Source: Eledone cirrhosa
Lineage: Eukaryota
Assembly: GCA_964016885.1 (NCBI GenBank)
Contig: OZ024742.1
Location: forward strand, 369,334,001 to 369,398,000
Direction of reading: 5' to 3'
Length of the DNA stretch: 64,000 nucleotides
Both the position numbers and the translations under genes were made by a program. The notes below the pieces were generated by a model. That model searched no databases. It was not told where the DNA came from and worked only from the letters and a program-made list of their open reading frames with translations. Position 1 is the first letter of the stretch. The number at the start of each line of letters is the position of its first letter. Below are positions 31,601-46,600 of this stretch, piece by piece.

Positions 31601-34600
31601 GGTCTATATACAGTGATATGAGCAACTTTACAGATGTCATGTTCAAATGTTGTATGATCACCAAATTATATCTGTTGGCCAGTGATGTCTGCTCTATATA
31701 CAGTGTTATGAGCAACTGTACAGATGTCATGTTCAAATGTTGTATGATCACCATATTATATCTGTTGGCCAGTGATGTTTGGTCTATATACAGTGTTATT
31801 AGCAACTGTACAGATGTCATGTTCAAATGTTGTATGATCACCATATTATATCTGTTGGCCAGTGATGTCTGGTCTATATACAGTGTTATGAGCAACTCTA
31901 CAGATCTCATGTTCAAATGTTGTATGATCACCATATTATATCTGATGGCCAGTGATGCCTGGTCTATATACAGTGTAATGAGCAACTCTACAGATGTCAT
32001 GTTCAAATGTTGTATGATCACCATATTATATCTGTTGGCCAGTGATGTCTGGTCTATATACAGTGTTAAGAGCAACTCTACAGATCTCATGTTCAAATGT
32101 TGTATGATCACCATATTATATCTGTTGGCCAGTGGTGCCTGGTCTATATACAGTGTTATGAGCAACTGTACAGATGTCATGTTCAAATGTTGTATGATCA
32201 CCATATTATATCTGTTGGCCAGTGATGTCTGGTCTATATACAGTGACATGAGCAACTCTACAGATCTCTTGTTCAAATGTTGTATGATCACCATATTATA
32301 TCTGTTGGCCAGTGATGTCTGGTCTATATACAGTGTTATGAGCAACTCTACAGATCTCTTGTTCAAATGTTGTATGATCACCATATTATATCTGTTGGCC
32401 AGTGATGTCTGGTCTATATACAGTGACATGAGCAACTCTACAGATGTCATGTTCAAATGTTGTGTGATCACCATATTATATCTGTTGGCCAGTGATGTCT
32501 GGTCTATATACAGTGATATGAGCAACTCTACAGATGTCATGTTTAAATGTTGTATGATCACCATATTATATCTGTTGGCCAGTGATGTCTGGTCTACATA
32601 CAGTGTTATGAGCAACTCTACAGATGTCATGTACAAATGTTGTATGATCACCATATTATATCTGTTGGCCAGTGATGTCTGGTCTATATACAGTGTTATG
32701 AGCAACTGTACAGATGTCATGTTCAAATGGTGTATGATCACCATATTATATCTGTTGGCCAGCGATGTCTGGTCTATATACAGTGTTATGAGCAACTCTA
32801 CAGATCTCTTGTTCAAATGTTGTATGATCACCATATTATATCTGTTGGCCAGTGATGTTTGGTCTATATACAGTGTTATGAGCAACTCTACAGATCTCAT
32901 GTTCAAATGTTGTATGATCACCATATTATATCTGTTGGCCAGTGATGTCTGGTCTATATACAGTGTTATGAGCAACTGTACAGATCTCATCTTCAAATTT
33001 TGTATGATCACCATATTATATCTGTTGGCCAGTGATGTCTGGTCTATATACAGTGATATGAGCAACTCTACAGATGTCATGTTCAAATGTTGTATGATCA
33101 CCATATTATATCTGTTGGCCAGCGATGTCTGGTCTATATACAGTGTTATGAGCAACTCTACAGATGTCATGTTCAAATGTTGTATGATCACCATATTATA
33201 TCTGTTGACCAGTGATGTCTTGTCTATATACAGTGTTATGAACAACTGTACAGATGTCATGTTCAAATGTTGTATGATCACCACATTATATCTGTTGGCC
33301 ATTGATGTCTGGTCTATATACAGTGTTATGAACAACTCTACAGATCTCTTGTTCAAATGTTGTATCATCACCATATTATATATATTGGCCAGTGATGTCT
33401 GGTCTATATACAGTGTTATGAGCAACTGTACAGATGTCATATTCAAATGTTGTATGATCACCATATTATATCTGTTGGCCAGTGATGTCTGGTCTATATA
33501 CGGTGTTATGAGCAACTCTACAGATCGCATGTTCAAATGTTGTATGATCACCATATTATATCTGTTGGCCAGTGATGTCTGGTCTATATACAGTGTTATG
33601 AGCAACTGTACAGATGTCATGTTCAAATGTTGTATGATCACCATATTATATCTGTTGGCCAGTGATGTCGGGTTTATATACAGTGTTATGAGCAACTCTA
33701 CAGATCTCTTGTTCAAATGTTGTATGATCACCATATTATATCTGTTGGCCAGTGATGTCTGGTCTATATACAGTGACATGAGCAACTGTACAGATGTCAT
33801 GTTCAAATGTTGTATGATCACCATATTATATCTGTTGGCCAGTGATGTCTGGTCTATATACAGTGTTATGAGCAACTCTACAGATGTCATGTTCAAATGT
33901 TGTATGATCACCATATTATATCTGTTGACCAGTGATGTCTGGTCTATATACAGTGATATGAGCAACTCTACAGATGTCATGTTCAAATGTTGTATGATCA
34001 CCATATTATATCTGTTGGCCAGTGATGTCTGGTCTACATACAGTGTTATGAGCAACTCTACAGATGTCATGTACAAATGTTGTATGATCACCATATTATA
34101 TCTGTTGGCCAGTGATGTCTGGTCTATATACAGTGATATGAGCAACTCTACAGATGTCATGTTCAAATGTTGTATGATCACCATATTATATTTGTTGGCC
34201 AGTGATGTCTGGTCTATATACAGTGTCATGAGCAACTGTACAGATGTCATGTTCAAATGTTGTATGATCACCATATTATATCTGTTGGCCAGTGATGTCT
34301 GGTCTATATACAGTGTTATGAGCAACTCTAAAGATCTCATGTTCAAATTTTATATGATCACCATATTATATCTGTTGGTCAGTGATGTCTGGTCTATATA
34401 CAGTGTTATGAGCAACTCTACAGATGTCATGTTCAAATGTTGTATGATCACCATATTATATCTGTTGGCCAGTGATGTCTGGTCTATATACAGTGTTATG
34501 AGCAACTGTACAGATGTCATGTTCAAATGTTGTATGATCACCATATTATATCTGTTGGCCAGTGATGTCTGGTCTATATACAGTGTTATGAGCAACTCTA

Positions 34601-37600
34601 CAGATCTCTTGTTCAAATGTTGTATGATCACCATATTATATCTGTTGGCCAGTGATGTCTGGTCTATATACAGTGACATGAGCAACTCTACAGATGTCAT
34701 GTTTAAATGTTGTATGATCACCATATTATATCTGTTGGCCAGTGATGTCTGGTCTATATACAGTGATATGAGCAACTCTACAGATGTCATGTTTAAATGC
34801 TGTATGATCACCATATTATATCTGTTGGCCAGTGATGTCTGGTCTACATACAGTGTTATGAGCAACTCTACAGATGTCATGTACAAATGTTGTATGATCA
34901 CCATATTATATCTGTTGGCCAGTGATGTCTGGTCTATATACAGTGTTATGAGCAACTGTACAGATGTCATGTTCAAATGGTGTATGATCACCATATTATA
35001 TCTGTTGGCCAGCGATGTCTGGTCTATATACAGTGTTATGAGCAACTCTACAGATCTCTTGTTCAAATGTTGTATGATCACCATATTATATCTGTTGGCC
35101 AGTGATGTTTGGTCTATATACAGTGTTATGAGCAACTCTACAGATCTCATGTTCAAATGTTGTATGATCACCATATTATATCTGTTGGCCAGTGATGTCT
35201 GGTCTATATACAGTGTTATGAGCAACTGTACAGATCTCATGTTCAAATTTTGTATGATCACCATATTATATCTGTTGGCCAGTGATGTCTGGTCTATATA
35301 CAGTGATATGAGCAACTCTACAGATGTCATGTTCAAATGTTGTATGATCACCATATTATATCTGTTGGCCAGTGATGTCTGGTCTATATACAGTGTTATG
35401 AGCAACTCTACAGATGTCATGTTCAAATGTTGTATGATCACCATATTATATCTGTTGACCAGTGATGTCTGGTCTATATACAGTGTTATGAGCAACTGTA
35501 CAGATGTCATGTTCAAATGTTGTATGATCACCATATTATATCTGTTGGCCAGTGATGTCTGGTCTATATACAGTGTTATGAGCAACTGTACAGATCTCAT
35601 GTTCAAATGTTGTATGATCACCACATTATATCTGTTGGCCATTGATGTCTGGTCTATATACAGTGTTATGAACAACTCTACAGATCTCTTGTTCAAATGT
35701 TGTATGATCACCATATTATATATATTGGCCAGTGATGTCTGGTCTATATACAGTGTTATGAGCAACTGTACAGATGTCATATTCAAATGTTGTATGATCA
35801 CCATATTATATCTGTTGGCCAGTGATGTCTGGTCTATATACAGTGATATGAGCAACTCTACAGATGTCATGTTCAAATGTTGTATGATCACCATATTATA
35901 TCTGTTGGCCAGTGATGTCTGGTCTATATACAGTGTTATGAGCAACTCTACAGATGTCATGTTCAAATGTTGTATGATCACCATATTATATCTGTTGGCC
36001 AGTGATGTCTGGTCTATATACAGTGATATGAGCAACTTTACAGATGTCATGTTCAAATGTTGTATGATCACCATATTATATCTGTTGGCCAGTGATGTCT
36101 GGTCTATATACAGTGATATGAGCAACTTTACAGATGTCATGTTCAAATGTTGTATGATCACCATATTATATCTGTTGGCCAGTGATGTCTGCTCTATATA
36201 CAGTGTTATGAGCAACTGTACAGATCTCATGTTCAAATGTTGTATGATCACCATATTATATCTGTTGGCCAGTGATGTCTGGTCTATATACAGTGTTATG
36301 AGCAACTCTACAGATGTCATGTTCAAATGTTGTATGATCACCATATTATATCTGTTGGCCAGTGATGTCTGGTCTATATACAGTGATATGAGCAACTTTA
36401 CAGATGTCATGTTCAAATGTTGTATGATCACCATATTATATCTGTTGGCCAGTGATGTCTGGTCTATATACAGTGATATGAGCAACTTTACAGATGTCAT
36501 GTTCAAATGTTGTATGATCACCAAATTATATCTGTTGGCCAGTGATGTCTGCTCTATATACAGTGTTATGAGCAACTGTACAGATGTCATGTTCAAATGT
36601 TGTATGATCACCATATTATATCTGTTGGCCAGTGATGTTTGGTCTATATACAGTGTTATTAGCAACTGTACAGATGTCATGTTCAAATGTTGTATGATCA
36701 CCATATTATATCTGTTGGCCAGTGATGTCTGGTCTATATACAGTGTTATGAGCAACTCTACAGATCTCATGTTCAAATGTTGTATGATCACCATATTATA
36801 TCTGATGGCCAGTGATGCCTGGTCTATATACAGTGTAATGAGCAACTCTACAGATGTCATGTTCAAATGTTGTATGATCACCATATTATATCTGTTGGCC
36901 AGTGATGTCTGGTCTATATACAGTGTTATGAGCAACTCTACAGATCTCATGTTCAAATGTTGTATGATCACCATATTATATCTGTTGGCCAGTGGTGCCT
37001 GGTCTATATACAGTGTTATGAGCAACTGTACAGATGTCATGTTCAAATGTTGTATGATCACCATATTATATCTGTTGGCCAGTGATGTCTGGTCTATATA
37101 CAGTGTTATGAGCAACTCTACAGATCGCATGTTCAAATGTTGTATGATCACCATATTATATCTGTTGGCCAGTGATGTCTGGTCTATATACAGTGTTATG
37201 AGCAACTGTACAGATGTCATGTTCAAATGTTGTATGATCACCATATTATATCTGTTGGCCAGTGATGTCTGGTCTATATACAGTGTTATGAGCAACTCTA
37301 CAGATCTCTTGTTCAAATGTTGTATGATCACCATATTATATCTGTTGGCCAGTGATGTCTGGTCTATATACAGTGACATGAGCAACTCTACAGATGTCAT
37401 GTTCAAATGTTGTGTGATCACCATATTATATCTGTTGGCCAGTGATGTCTGGTCTATATACAGTGATATGAGCAACTCTACAGATGTCATGTTTAAATGT
37501 TGTATGATCACCATATTATATCTGTTGGCCAGTGATGTCTGGTCTACATACAGTGTTATGAGCAACTCTACAGATGTCATGTACAAATGTTGTATGATCA

Positions 37601-40600
37601 CCATATTATATCTGTTGGCCAGTGATGTCTGGTCTATATACAGTGTTATGAGCAACTCTACAGATGTCATGTTCAAATGGTGTATGATCACCATATTATA
37701 TCTGTTGGCCAGCGATGTCTGGTCTATATACAGTGTTATGAGCAACTCTACAGATCTCTTGTTCAAATGTTGTATGATCACCATATTATATCTGTTGGCC
37801 AGTGATGTCTGGTCTATATACAGTGTTATGAGCAACTCTACAGATCTCTTGTTCAAATGTTGTATGATCACCATATTATATCTGTTGGCCAGTGATGTCT
37901 GGTCTATATACAGTGACATGAGCAACTCTACAGATGTCATGTTCAAATGTTGTGTGATCACCATATTATATCTGTTGGCCAGTGATGTCTGGTCTATATA
38001 CAGTGATATGAGCAACTCTACAGATGTCATGTTTAAATGTTGTATGATCACCATATTATATCTGTTGGCCAGTGATGTCTGGTCTACATACAGTGTTATG
38101 AGCAACTCTACAGATGTCATGTACAAATGTTGTATGATCACCATATTATATCTGTTGGCCAGTGATGTCTGGTCTATATACAGTGTTATGAGCAACTCTA
38201 CAGATGTCATGTTCAAATGGTGTATGATCACCATATTATATCTGTTGGCCAGCGATGTCTGGTCTATATACAGTGTTATGAGCAACTCTACAGATCTCTT
38301 GTTCAAATGTTGTATGATCACCATATTATATCTGTTGGCCAGTGATGTTTGGTCTATATACAGTGTTATGAGCAACTCTACAGATCTCATGTTCAAATGT
38401 TGTATGATCACCATATTATATCTGTTGGCCAGTGATGTCTGGTCTATATACAGTGTTATGAGCAACTGTACAGATCTCATCTTCAAATTTTGTATGATCA
38501 CCATATTATATCTGTTGGCCAGTGATGTCTGGTCTATATACAGTGATATGAGCAACTCTACAGATGTCATGTTCAAATGTTGTATGATCACCATATTATA
38601 TCTGTTGGCCAGCGATGTCTGGTCTATATACAGTGTTATGAGCAACTCTACAGATGTCATGTTCAAATGTTGTATGATCACCATATTATATCTGTTGACC
38701 AGTGATGTCTTGTCTATATACAGTGTTATGAGCAACTGTACAGATGTCATGTTCAAATGTTGTATGATCACCACATTATATCTGTTGGCCATTGATGTCT
38801 GGTCTATATACAGTGTTATGAACAACTCTACAGATCTCTTGTTCAAATGTTGTATGATCACCATATTATATATATTGGCCAGTGATGTCTGGTCTATATA
38901 CAGTGTTATGAGCAACTGTACAGATGTCATATTCAAATGTTGTATGATCACCATATTATATCTGTTGGCCAGTGATGTCTGGTCTATATACGGTGTTATG
39001 AGCAACTCTACAGATCGCATGTTCAAATGTTGTATGATCACCATATTATATCTGTTGGCCAGTGATGTCTGGTCTACATACAGTGTTATGAGCAACTGTA
39101 CAGATGTCATGTTCAAATGTTGTATGATCACCATATTATATCTGTTGGCCAGTGATGTCGGGTTTATATACAGTGTTATGAGCAACTCTACAGATCTCTT
39201 GTTCAAATGTTGTATGATCACCATATTATATCTGTTGGCCAGTGATGTCTGGTCTATATACAGTGACATGAGCAACTGTACAGATGTCATGTTCAAATGT
39301 TGTATGATCACCATATTATATCTGTTGGCCAGTGATGTCTGGTCTATATACAGTGTTATGAGCAACTCTACAGATGTCATGTTCAAATGTTGTATGATCA
39401 CCATATTATATCTGTTGACCAGTGATGTCTGGTCTATATACAGTGATATGAGCAACTCTACAGATGTCATGTTCAAATGTTGTATGATCACCATATTATA
39501 TCTGTTGGCCAGTGATGTCTGGTCTACATACAGTGTTATGAGCAACTCTACAGATGTCATGTACAAATGTTGTATGATCACCATATTATATCTGTTGGCC
39601 AGTGATGTCTGGTCTATATCCAGTGTTATGAGCAACTGTACAGATCTCATGTTCAAATGTTGTATGATCACCATATTATATCTGTTGGCCAGTGATGTCT
39701 GGTCTATATACAGTGATATGAGCAACTGTACAGATCTCATGTTCAAATGTTGTATGATCACCACATTATATCTGTTGGCCATTGATGTCTGGTCTATATA
39801 CAGTGTTATGAACAACTCTACAGATCTCTTGTTCAAATGTTGTATGATCACCATATTATATATATTGGCCAGTGATGTCTGGTCTATATACAGTGTTATG
39901 AGCAACTGTACAGATGTCATATTCAAATGTTGTATGATCACCATATTATATCTGTTGGCCAGTGATGTCTGGTCTATATACAGTGTTATGAGCAACTCTA
40001 GAGATCGCATGTTCAAATGTTGTATGATCACCATATTATATTTGTTGGCCAGTGATGTCTGGTCTATATACAGTGTTATGAGCAACTGTACAGATGTCAT
40101 GTTCAAATGTTGTATGATCACCATATTATATCTGTTGGCCAGTGATGTCGTGTTTATATACAGTGTTATGAGCAACTCTACAGATCTCTTGTTCAAATGT
40201 TGTATGATCACCATATTATATCTGTTGGCCAGTGATGTCTGGTCTATATACAGTGACATGAGCAACTGTACAGATGTCATGTTCAAATGTTGTATGATCA
40301 CCATATTATATCTGTTGGCCAGTGATGTCTGGTCTATATACAGTGTTATGAGCAACTCTACAGATGTCATGTTCAAATGTTGTATGATCACCATATTATA
40401 TCTGTTGGCCAGTGATGTCTGGTCTATATACAGTGATATGAGCAACTCTACAGATGTCATGTTCAAATGTTGTATGATCACCATATTATATCTGTTGGCC
40501 AGTGATGTCTGGTCTATATACAGTGTTATGAGCAACTCTACAGATGTCATGTTCAAATGTTGTATGATCACCATATTATATCTGTTGGCCAGTGATGTCT

Positions 40601-43600
40601 GGTCTATATACAGTGATATGAGCAACTTTACAGATGTCATGTTCAAATGTTGTATGATCACCATATTATATCTGTTGGCCAGTGATGTCTGGTCTATATA
40701 CAGTGATATGAGCAACTTTACAGATGTCATGTTCAAATGTTGTATGATCACCATATTATATCTGTTGGCCAGTGATGTCTGCTCTATATACAGTGTTATG
40801 AGCAACTGTACAGATCTCATGTTCAAATGTTGTATGATCACCATATTATATCTGTTGGCCAGTGATGTCTGGTCTATATACAGTGTTATGAGCAACTCTA
40901 CAGATGTCATGTTCAAATGTTGTATGATCACCATATTATATCTGTTGGCCAGTGATGTCTGGTCTATATACAGTGATATGAGCAACTTTACAGATGTCAT
41001 GTTCAAATGTTGTATGATCACCATATTATATCTGTTGGCCAGTGATGTCTGGTCTATATACAGTGATATGAGCAACTTTACAGATGTCATGTTCAAATGT
41101 TGTATGATCACCAAATTATATCTGTTGGCCAGTGATGTCTGCTCTATATACAGTGTTATGAGCAACTGTACAGATGTCATGTTCAAATGTTGTATGATCA
41201 CCATATTATATCTGTTGGCCAGTGATGTTTGGTCTATATACAGTGTTATTAGCAACTGTACAGATGTCATGTTCAAATGTTGTATGATCACCATATTATA
41301 TCTGTTGGCCAGTGATGTCTGGTCTATATACAGTGTTATGAGCAACTCTACAGATCTCATGTTCAAATGTTGTATGATCACCATATTATATCTGATGGCC
41401 AGTGATGCCTGGTCTATATACAGTGTAATGAGCAACTCTACAGATGTCATGTTCAAATGTTGTATGATCACCATATTATATCTGTTGGCCAGTGATGTCT
41501 GGTCTATATACAGTGTTATGAGCAACTCTACAGATCTCATGTTCAAATGTTGTATGATCACCATATTATATCTGTTGGCCAGTGGTGCCTGGTCTATATA
41601 CAGTGTTATGAGCAACTGTACAGATGTCATGTTCAAATGTTGTATGATCACCATATTATATCTGTTGGCCAGTGATGTCTGGTCTATATACAGTGTTATG
41701 AGCAACTCTACAGATCGCATGTTCAAATGTTGTATGATCACCATATTATATCTGTTGGCCAGTGATGTCTGGTCTATATACAGTGTTATGAGCAACTGTA
41801 CAGATGTCATGTTCAAATGTTGTATGATCACCATATTATATCTGTTGGCCAGTGATGTCTGGTCTATATACAGTGTTATGAGCAACTCTACAGATCTCTT
41901 GTTCAAATGTTGTATGATCACCATATTATATCTGTTGGCCAGTGATGTCTGGTCTATATACAGTGACATGAGCAACTCTACAGATGTCATGTTCAAATGT
42001 TGTGTGATCACCATATTATATCTGTTGGCCAGTGATGTCTGGTCTATATACAGTGATATGAGCAACTCTACAGATGTCATGTTTAAATGTTGTATGATCA
42101 CCATATTATATCTGTTGGCCAGTGATGTCTGGTCTACATACAGTGTTATGAGCAACTCTACAGATGTCATGTACAAATGTTGTATGATCACCATATTATA
42201 TCTGTTGGCCAGTGATGTCTGGTCTATATACAGTGTTATGAGCAACTCTACAGATGTCATGTTCAAATGGTGTATGATCACCATATTATATCTGTTGGCC
42301 AGCGATGTCTGGTCTATATACAGTGTTATGAGCAACTCTACAGATCTCTTGTTCAAATGTTGTATGATCACCATATTATATCTGTTGGCCAGTGATGTCT
42401 GGTCTATATACAGTGTTATGAGCAACTCTACAGATCTCTTGTTCAAATGTTGTATGATCACCATATTATATCTGTTGGCCAGTGATGTCTGGTCTATATA
42501 CAGTGACATGAGCAACTCTACAGATGTCATGTTCAAATGTTGTGTGATCACCATATTATATCTGTTGGCCAGTGATGTCTGGTCTATATACAGTGATATG
42601 AGCAACTCTACAGATGTCATGTTTAAATGTTGTATGATCACCATATTATATCTGTTGGCCAGTGATGTCTGGTCTACATACAGTGTTATGAGCAACTCTA
42701 CAGATGTCATGTACAAATGTTGTATGATCACCATATTATATCTGTTGGCCAGTGATGTCTGGTCTATATACAGTGTTATGAGCAACTCTACAGATGTCAT
42801 GTTCAAATGGTGTATGATCACCATATTATATCTGTTGGCCAGCGATGTCTGGTCTATATACAGTGTTATGAGCAACTCTACAGATCTCTTGTTCAAATGT
42901 TGTATGATCACCATATTATATCTGTTGGCCAGTGATGTTTGGTCTATATACAGTGTTATGAGCAACTCTACAGATCTCATGTTCAAATGTTGTATGATCA
43001 CCATATTATATCTGTTGGCCAGTGATGTCTGGTCTATATACAGTGTTATGAGCAACTGTACAGATCTCATCTTCAAATTTTGTATGATCACCATATTATA
43101 TCTGTTGGCCAGTGATGTCTGGTCTATATACAGTGATATGAGCAACTCTACAGATGTCATGTTCAAATGTTGTATGATCACCATATTATATCTGTTGGCC
43201 AGCGATGTCTGGTCTATATACAGTGTTATGAGCAACTCTACAGATGTCATGTTCAAATGTTGTATGATCACCATATTATATCTGTTGACCAGTGATGTCT
43301 TGTCTATATACAGTGTTATGAGCAACTGTACAGATGTCATGTTCAAATGTTGTATGATCACCACATTATATCTGTTGGCCATTGATGTCTGGTCTATATA
43401 CAGTGTTATGAACAACTCTACAGATCTCTTGTTCAAATGTTGTATGATCACCATATTATATATATTGGCCAGTGATGTCTGGTCTATATACAGTGTTATG
43501 AGCAACTGTACAGATGTCATATTCAAATGTTGTATGATCACCATATTATATCTGTTGGCCAGTGATGTCTGGTCTATATACGGTGTTATGAGCAACTCTA

Positions 43601-46600
43601 CAGATCGCATGTTCAAATGTTGTATGATCACCATATTATATCTGTTGGCCAGTGATGTCTGGTCTACATACAGTGTTATGAGCAACTGTACAGATGTCAT
43701 GTTCAAATGTTGTATGATCACCATATTATATCTGTTGGCCAGTGATGTCGGGTTTATATACAGTGTTATGAGCAACTCTACAGATCTCTTGTTCAAATGT
43801 TGTATGATCACCATATTATATCTGTTGGCCAGTGATGTCTGGTCTATATACAGTGACATGAGCAACTGTACAGATGTCATGTTCAAATGTTGTATGATCA
43901 CCATATTATATCTGTTGGCCAGTGATGTCTGGTCTATATACAGTGTTATGAGCAACTCTACAGATGTCATGTTCAAATGTTGTATGATCACCATATTATA
44001 TCTGTTGACCAGTGATGTCTGGTCTATATACAGTGATATGAGCAACTCTACAGATGTCATGTTCAAATGTTGTATGATCACCATATTATATCTGTTGGCC
44101 AGTGATGTCTGGTCTACATACAGTGTTATGAGCAACTCTACAGATGTCATGTACAAATGTTGTATGATCACCATATTATATCTGTTGGCCAGTGATGTCT
44201 GGTCTATATCCAGTGTTATGAGCAACTGTACAGATCTCATGTTCAAATGTTGTATGATCACCATATTATATCTGTTGGCCAGTGATGTCTGGTCTATATA
44301 CAGTGATATGAGCAACTCTACAGATGTCATGTTCAAATGTTGTATGATCACCATATTATATTTGTTGGCCAGTGATGTCTGGTCTATATACAGTGTCATG
44401 AGCAACTGTACAGATGTCATGTTCAAATGTTGTATGATCACCATATTATATCTGTTGGCCAGTGATGTCTGGTCTATATACAGTGTTATGAGCAACTCTA
44501 AAGATCTCATGTTCAAATTTTATATGATCACCATATTATATCTGTTGGTCAGTGATGTCTGGTCTATATACAGTGTTATGAGCAACTCTACAGATGTCAT
44601 GTTCAAATGTTGTATGATCACCATATTATATCTGTTGGCCAGTGATGTCTGGTCTATATACAGTGTTATGAGCAACTCTAAAGATCTCATGTTCAAATGT
44701 TATATGAACACCATATTATATCTGTTGGCCAGTGATGTCTGGTCTATATACAGTGTTATGAGCAACTCTACAGATGTCATGTTCAAATGTTGTATGATCA
44801 CCATATTATATCTGTTGGCCAGTGATGTCTGGTCTATATACAGTGATATGAGCAACTCTACAGATCTCATGTTCAAATGTTGTATGATCACCATATTATA
44901 TCTGTTGGCCAGTGATGTCTGGTCTATATACAGTGATATGAGCAACTCTACAGATGTCATGTTCAAATGTTGTATGATCACCATATTATATCTGTTGGCC
45001 AGTGATGTCTGGTCTATATACAGTGTTATGAGCAACTCTACAGATCTCATGTTCAAATGTTGTATGATCACCATATTATATCTGATGGCCAGTGATGCCT
45101 GGTCTATATACAGTGTAATGAGCAACTCTACAGATGTCATGTTCAAATGTTGTATGATCACCATATTATATCTGTTGGCCAGTGATGTCTGGTCTATATA
45201 CAGTGTTATGAGCAACTCTACAGATCTCATGTTCAAATGTTGTATGATCACCATATTATATCTGTTGGCCAGTGGTGCCTGGTCTATATACAGTGTTATG
45301 AGCAACTGTACAGATGTCATGTTCAAATGTTGTATGATCACCATATTATATCTGTTGGCCAGTGATGTCTGGTCTATATACAGTGTTATGAGCAACTCTA
45401 CAGATCGCATGTTCAAATGTTGTATGATCACCATATTATATCTGTTGGCCAGTGATGTCTGGTCTATATACAGTGTTATGAGCAACTGTACAGATGTCAT
45501 GTTCAAATGTTGTATGATCACCATATTATATCTGTTGGCCAGTGATGTCTGGTCTATATACAGTGTTATGAGCAACTCTACAGATCTCTTGTTCAAATGT
45601 TGTATGATCACCATATTATATCTGTTGGCCAGTGATGTCTGGTCTATATACAGTGACATGAGCAACTCTACAGATGTCATGTTCAAATGTTGTGTGATCA
45701 CCATATTATATCTGTTGGCCAGTGATGTCTGGTCTATATACAGTGATATGAGCAACTCTACAGATGTCATGTTTAAATGTTGTATGATCACCATATTATA
45801 TCTGTTGGCCAGTGATGTCTGGTCTACATACAGTGTTATGAGCAACTCTACAGATGTCATGTACAAATATTGTATGATCACCATATTATATCTGTTGGCC
45901 AGTGATGTCTGGTCTATATACAGTGTTATGAGCAACTGTACAGATGTCATGTTCAAATGGTGTATGATCACCATATTATATCTGTTGGCCAGCGATGTCT
46001 GGTCTATATACAGTGTTATGAGCAACTCTACAGATCTCTTGTTCAAATGTTGTATGATCACCATATTATATCTGTTGGCCAGTGATGTTTGGTCTATATA
46101 CAGTGTTATGAGCAACTCTACAGATCTCATGTTCAAATGTTGTATGATCACCATATTATATCTGTTGGCCAGTGATGTCTGGTCTACATACAGTGTTATG
46201 AGCAACTCTACAGATGTCATGTACAAATGTTGTATGATCACCATATTATATCTGTTGGCCAGTGATGTCTGGTCTATATACAGTGTTATGAGCAACTGTA
46301 CAGATGTCATGTTCAAATGGTGTATGATCACCATATTATATCTGTTGGCCAGCGATGTCTGGTCTATATACAGTGTTATGAGCAACTCTACAGATCTCTT
46401 GTTCAAATGTTGTATGATCACCATATTATATCTGTTGGCCAGTGATGTTTGGTCTATATACAGTGTTATGAGCAACTCTACAGATCTCATGTTCAAATGT
46501 TGTATGATCACCATATTATATCTGTTGGCCAGTGATGTCTGGTCTATATACAGTGTTATGAGCAACTGTACAGATCTCATCTTCAAATTTTGTATGATCA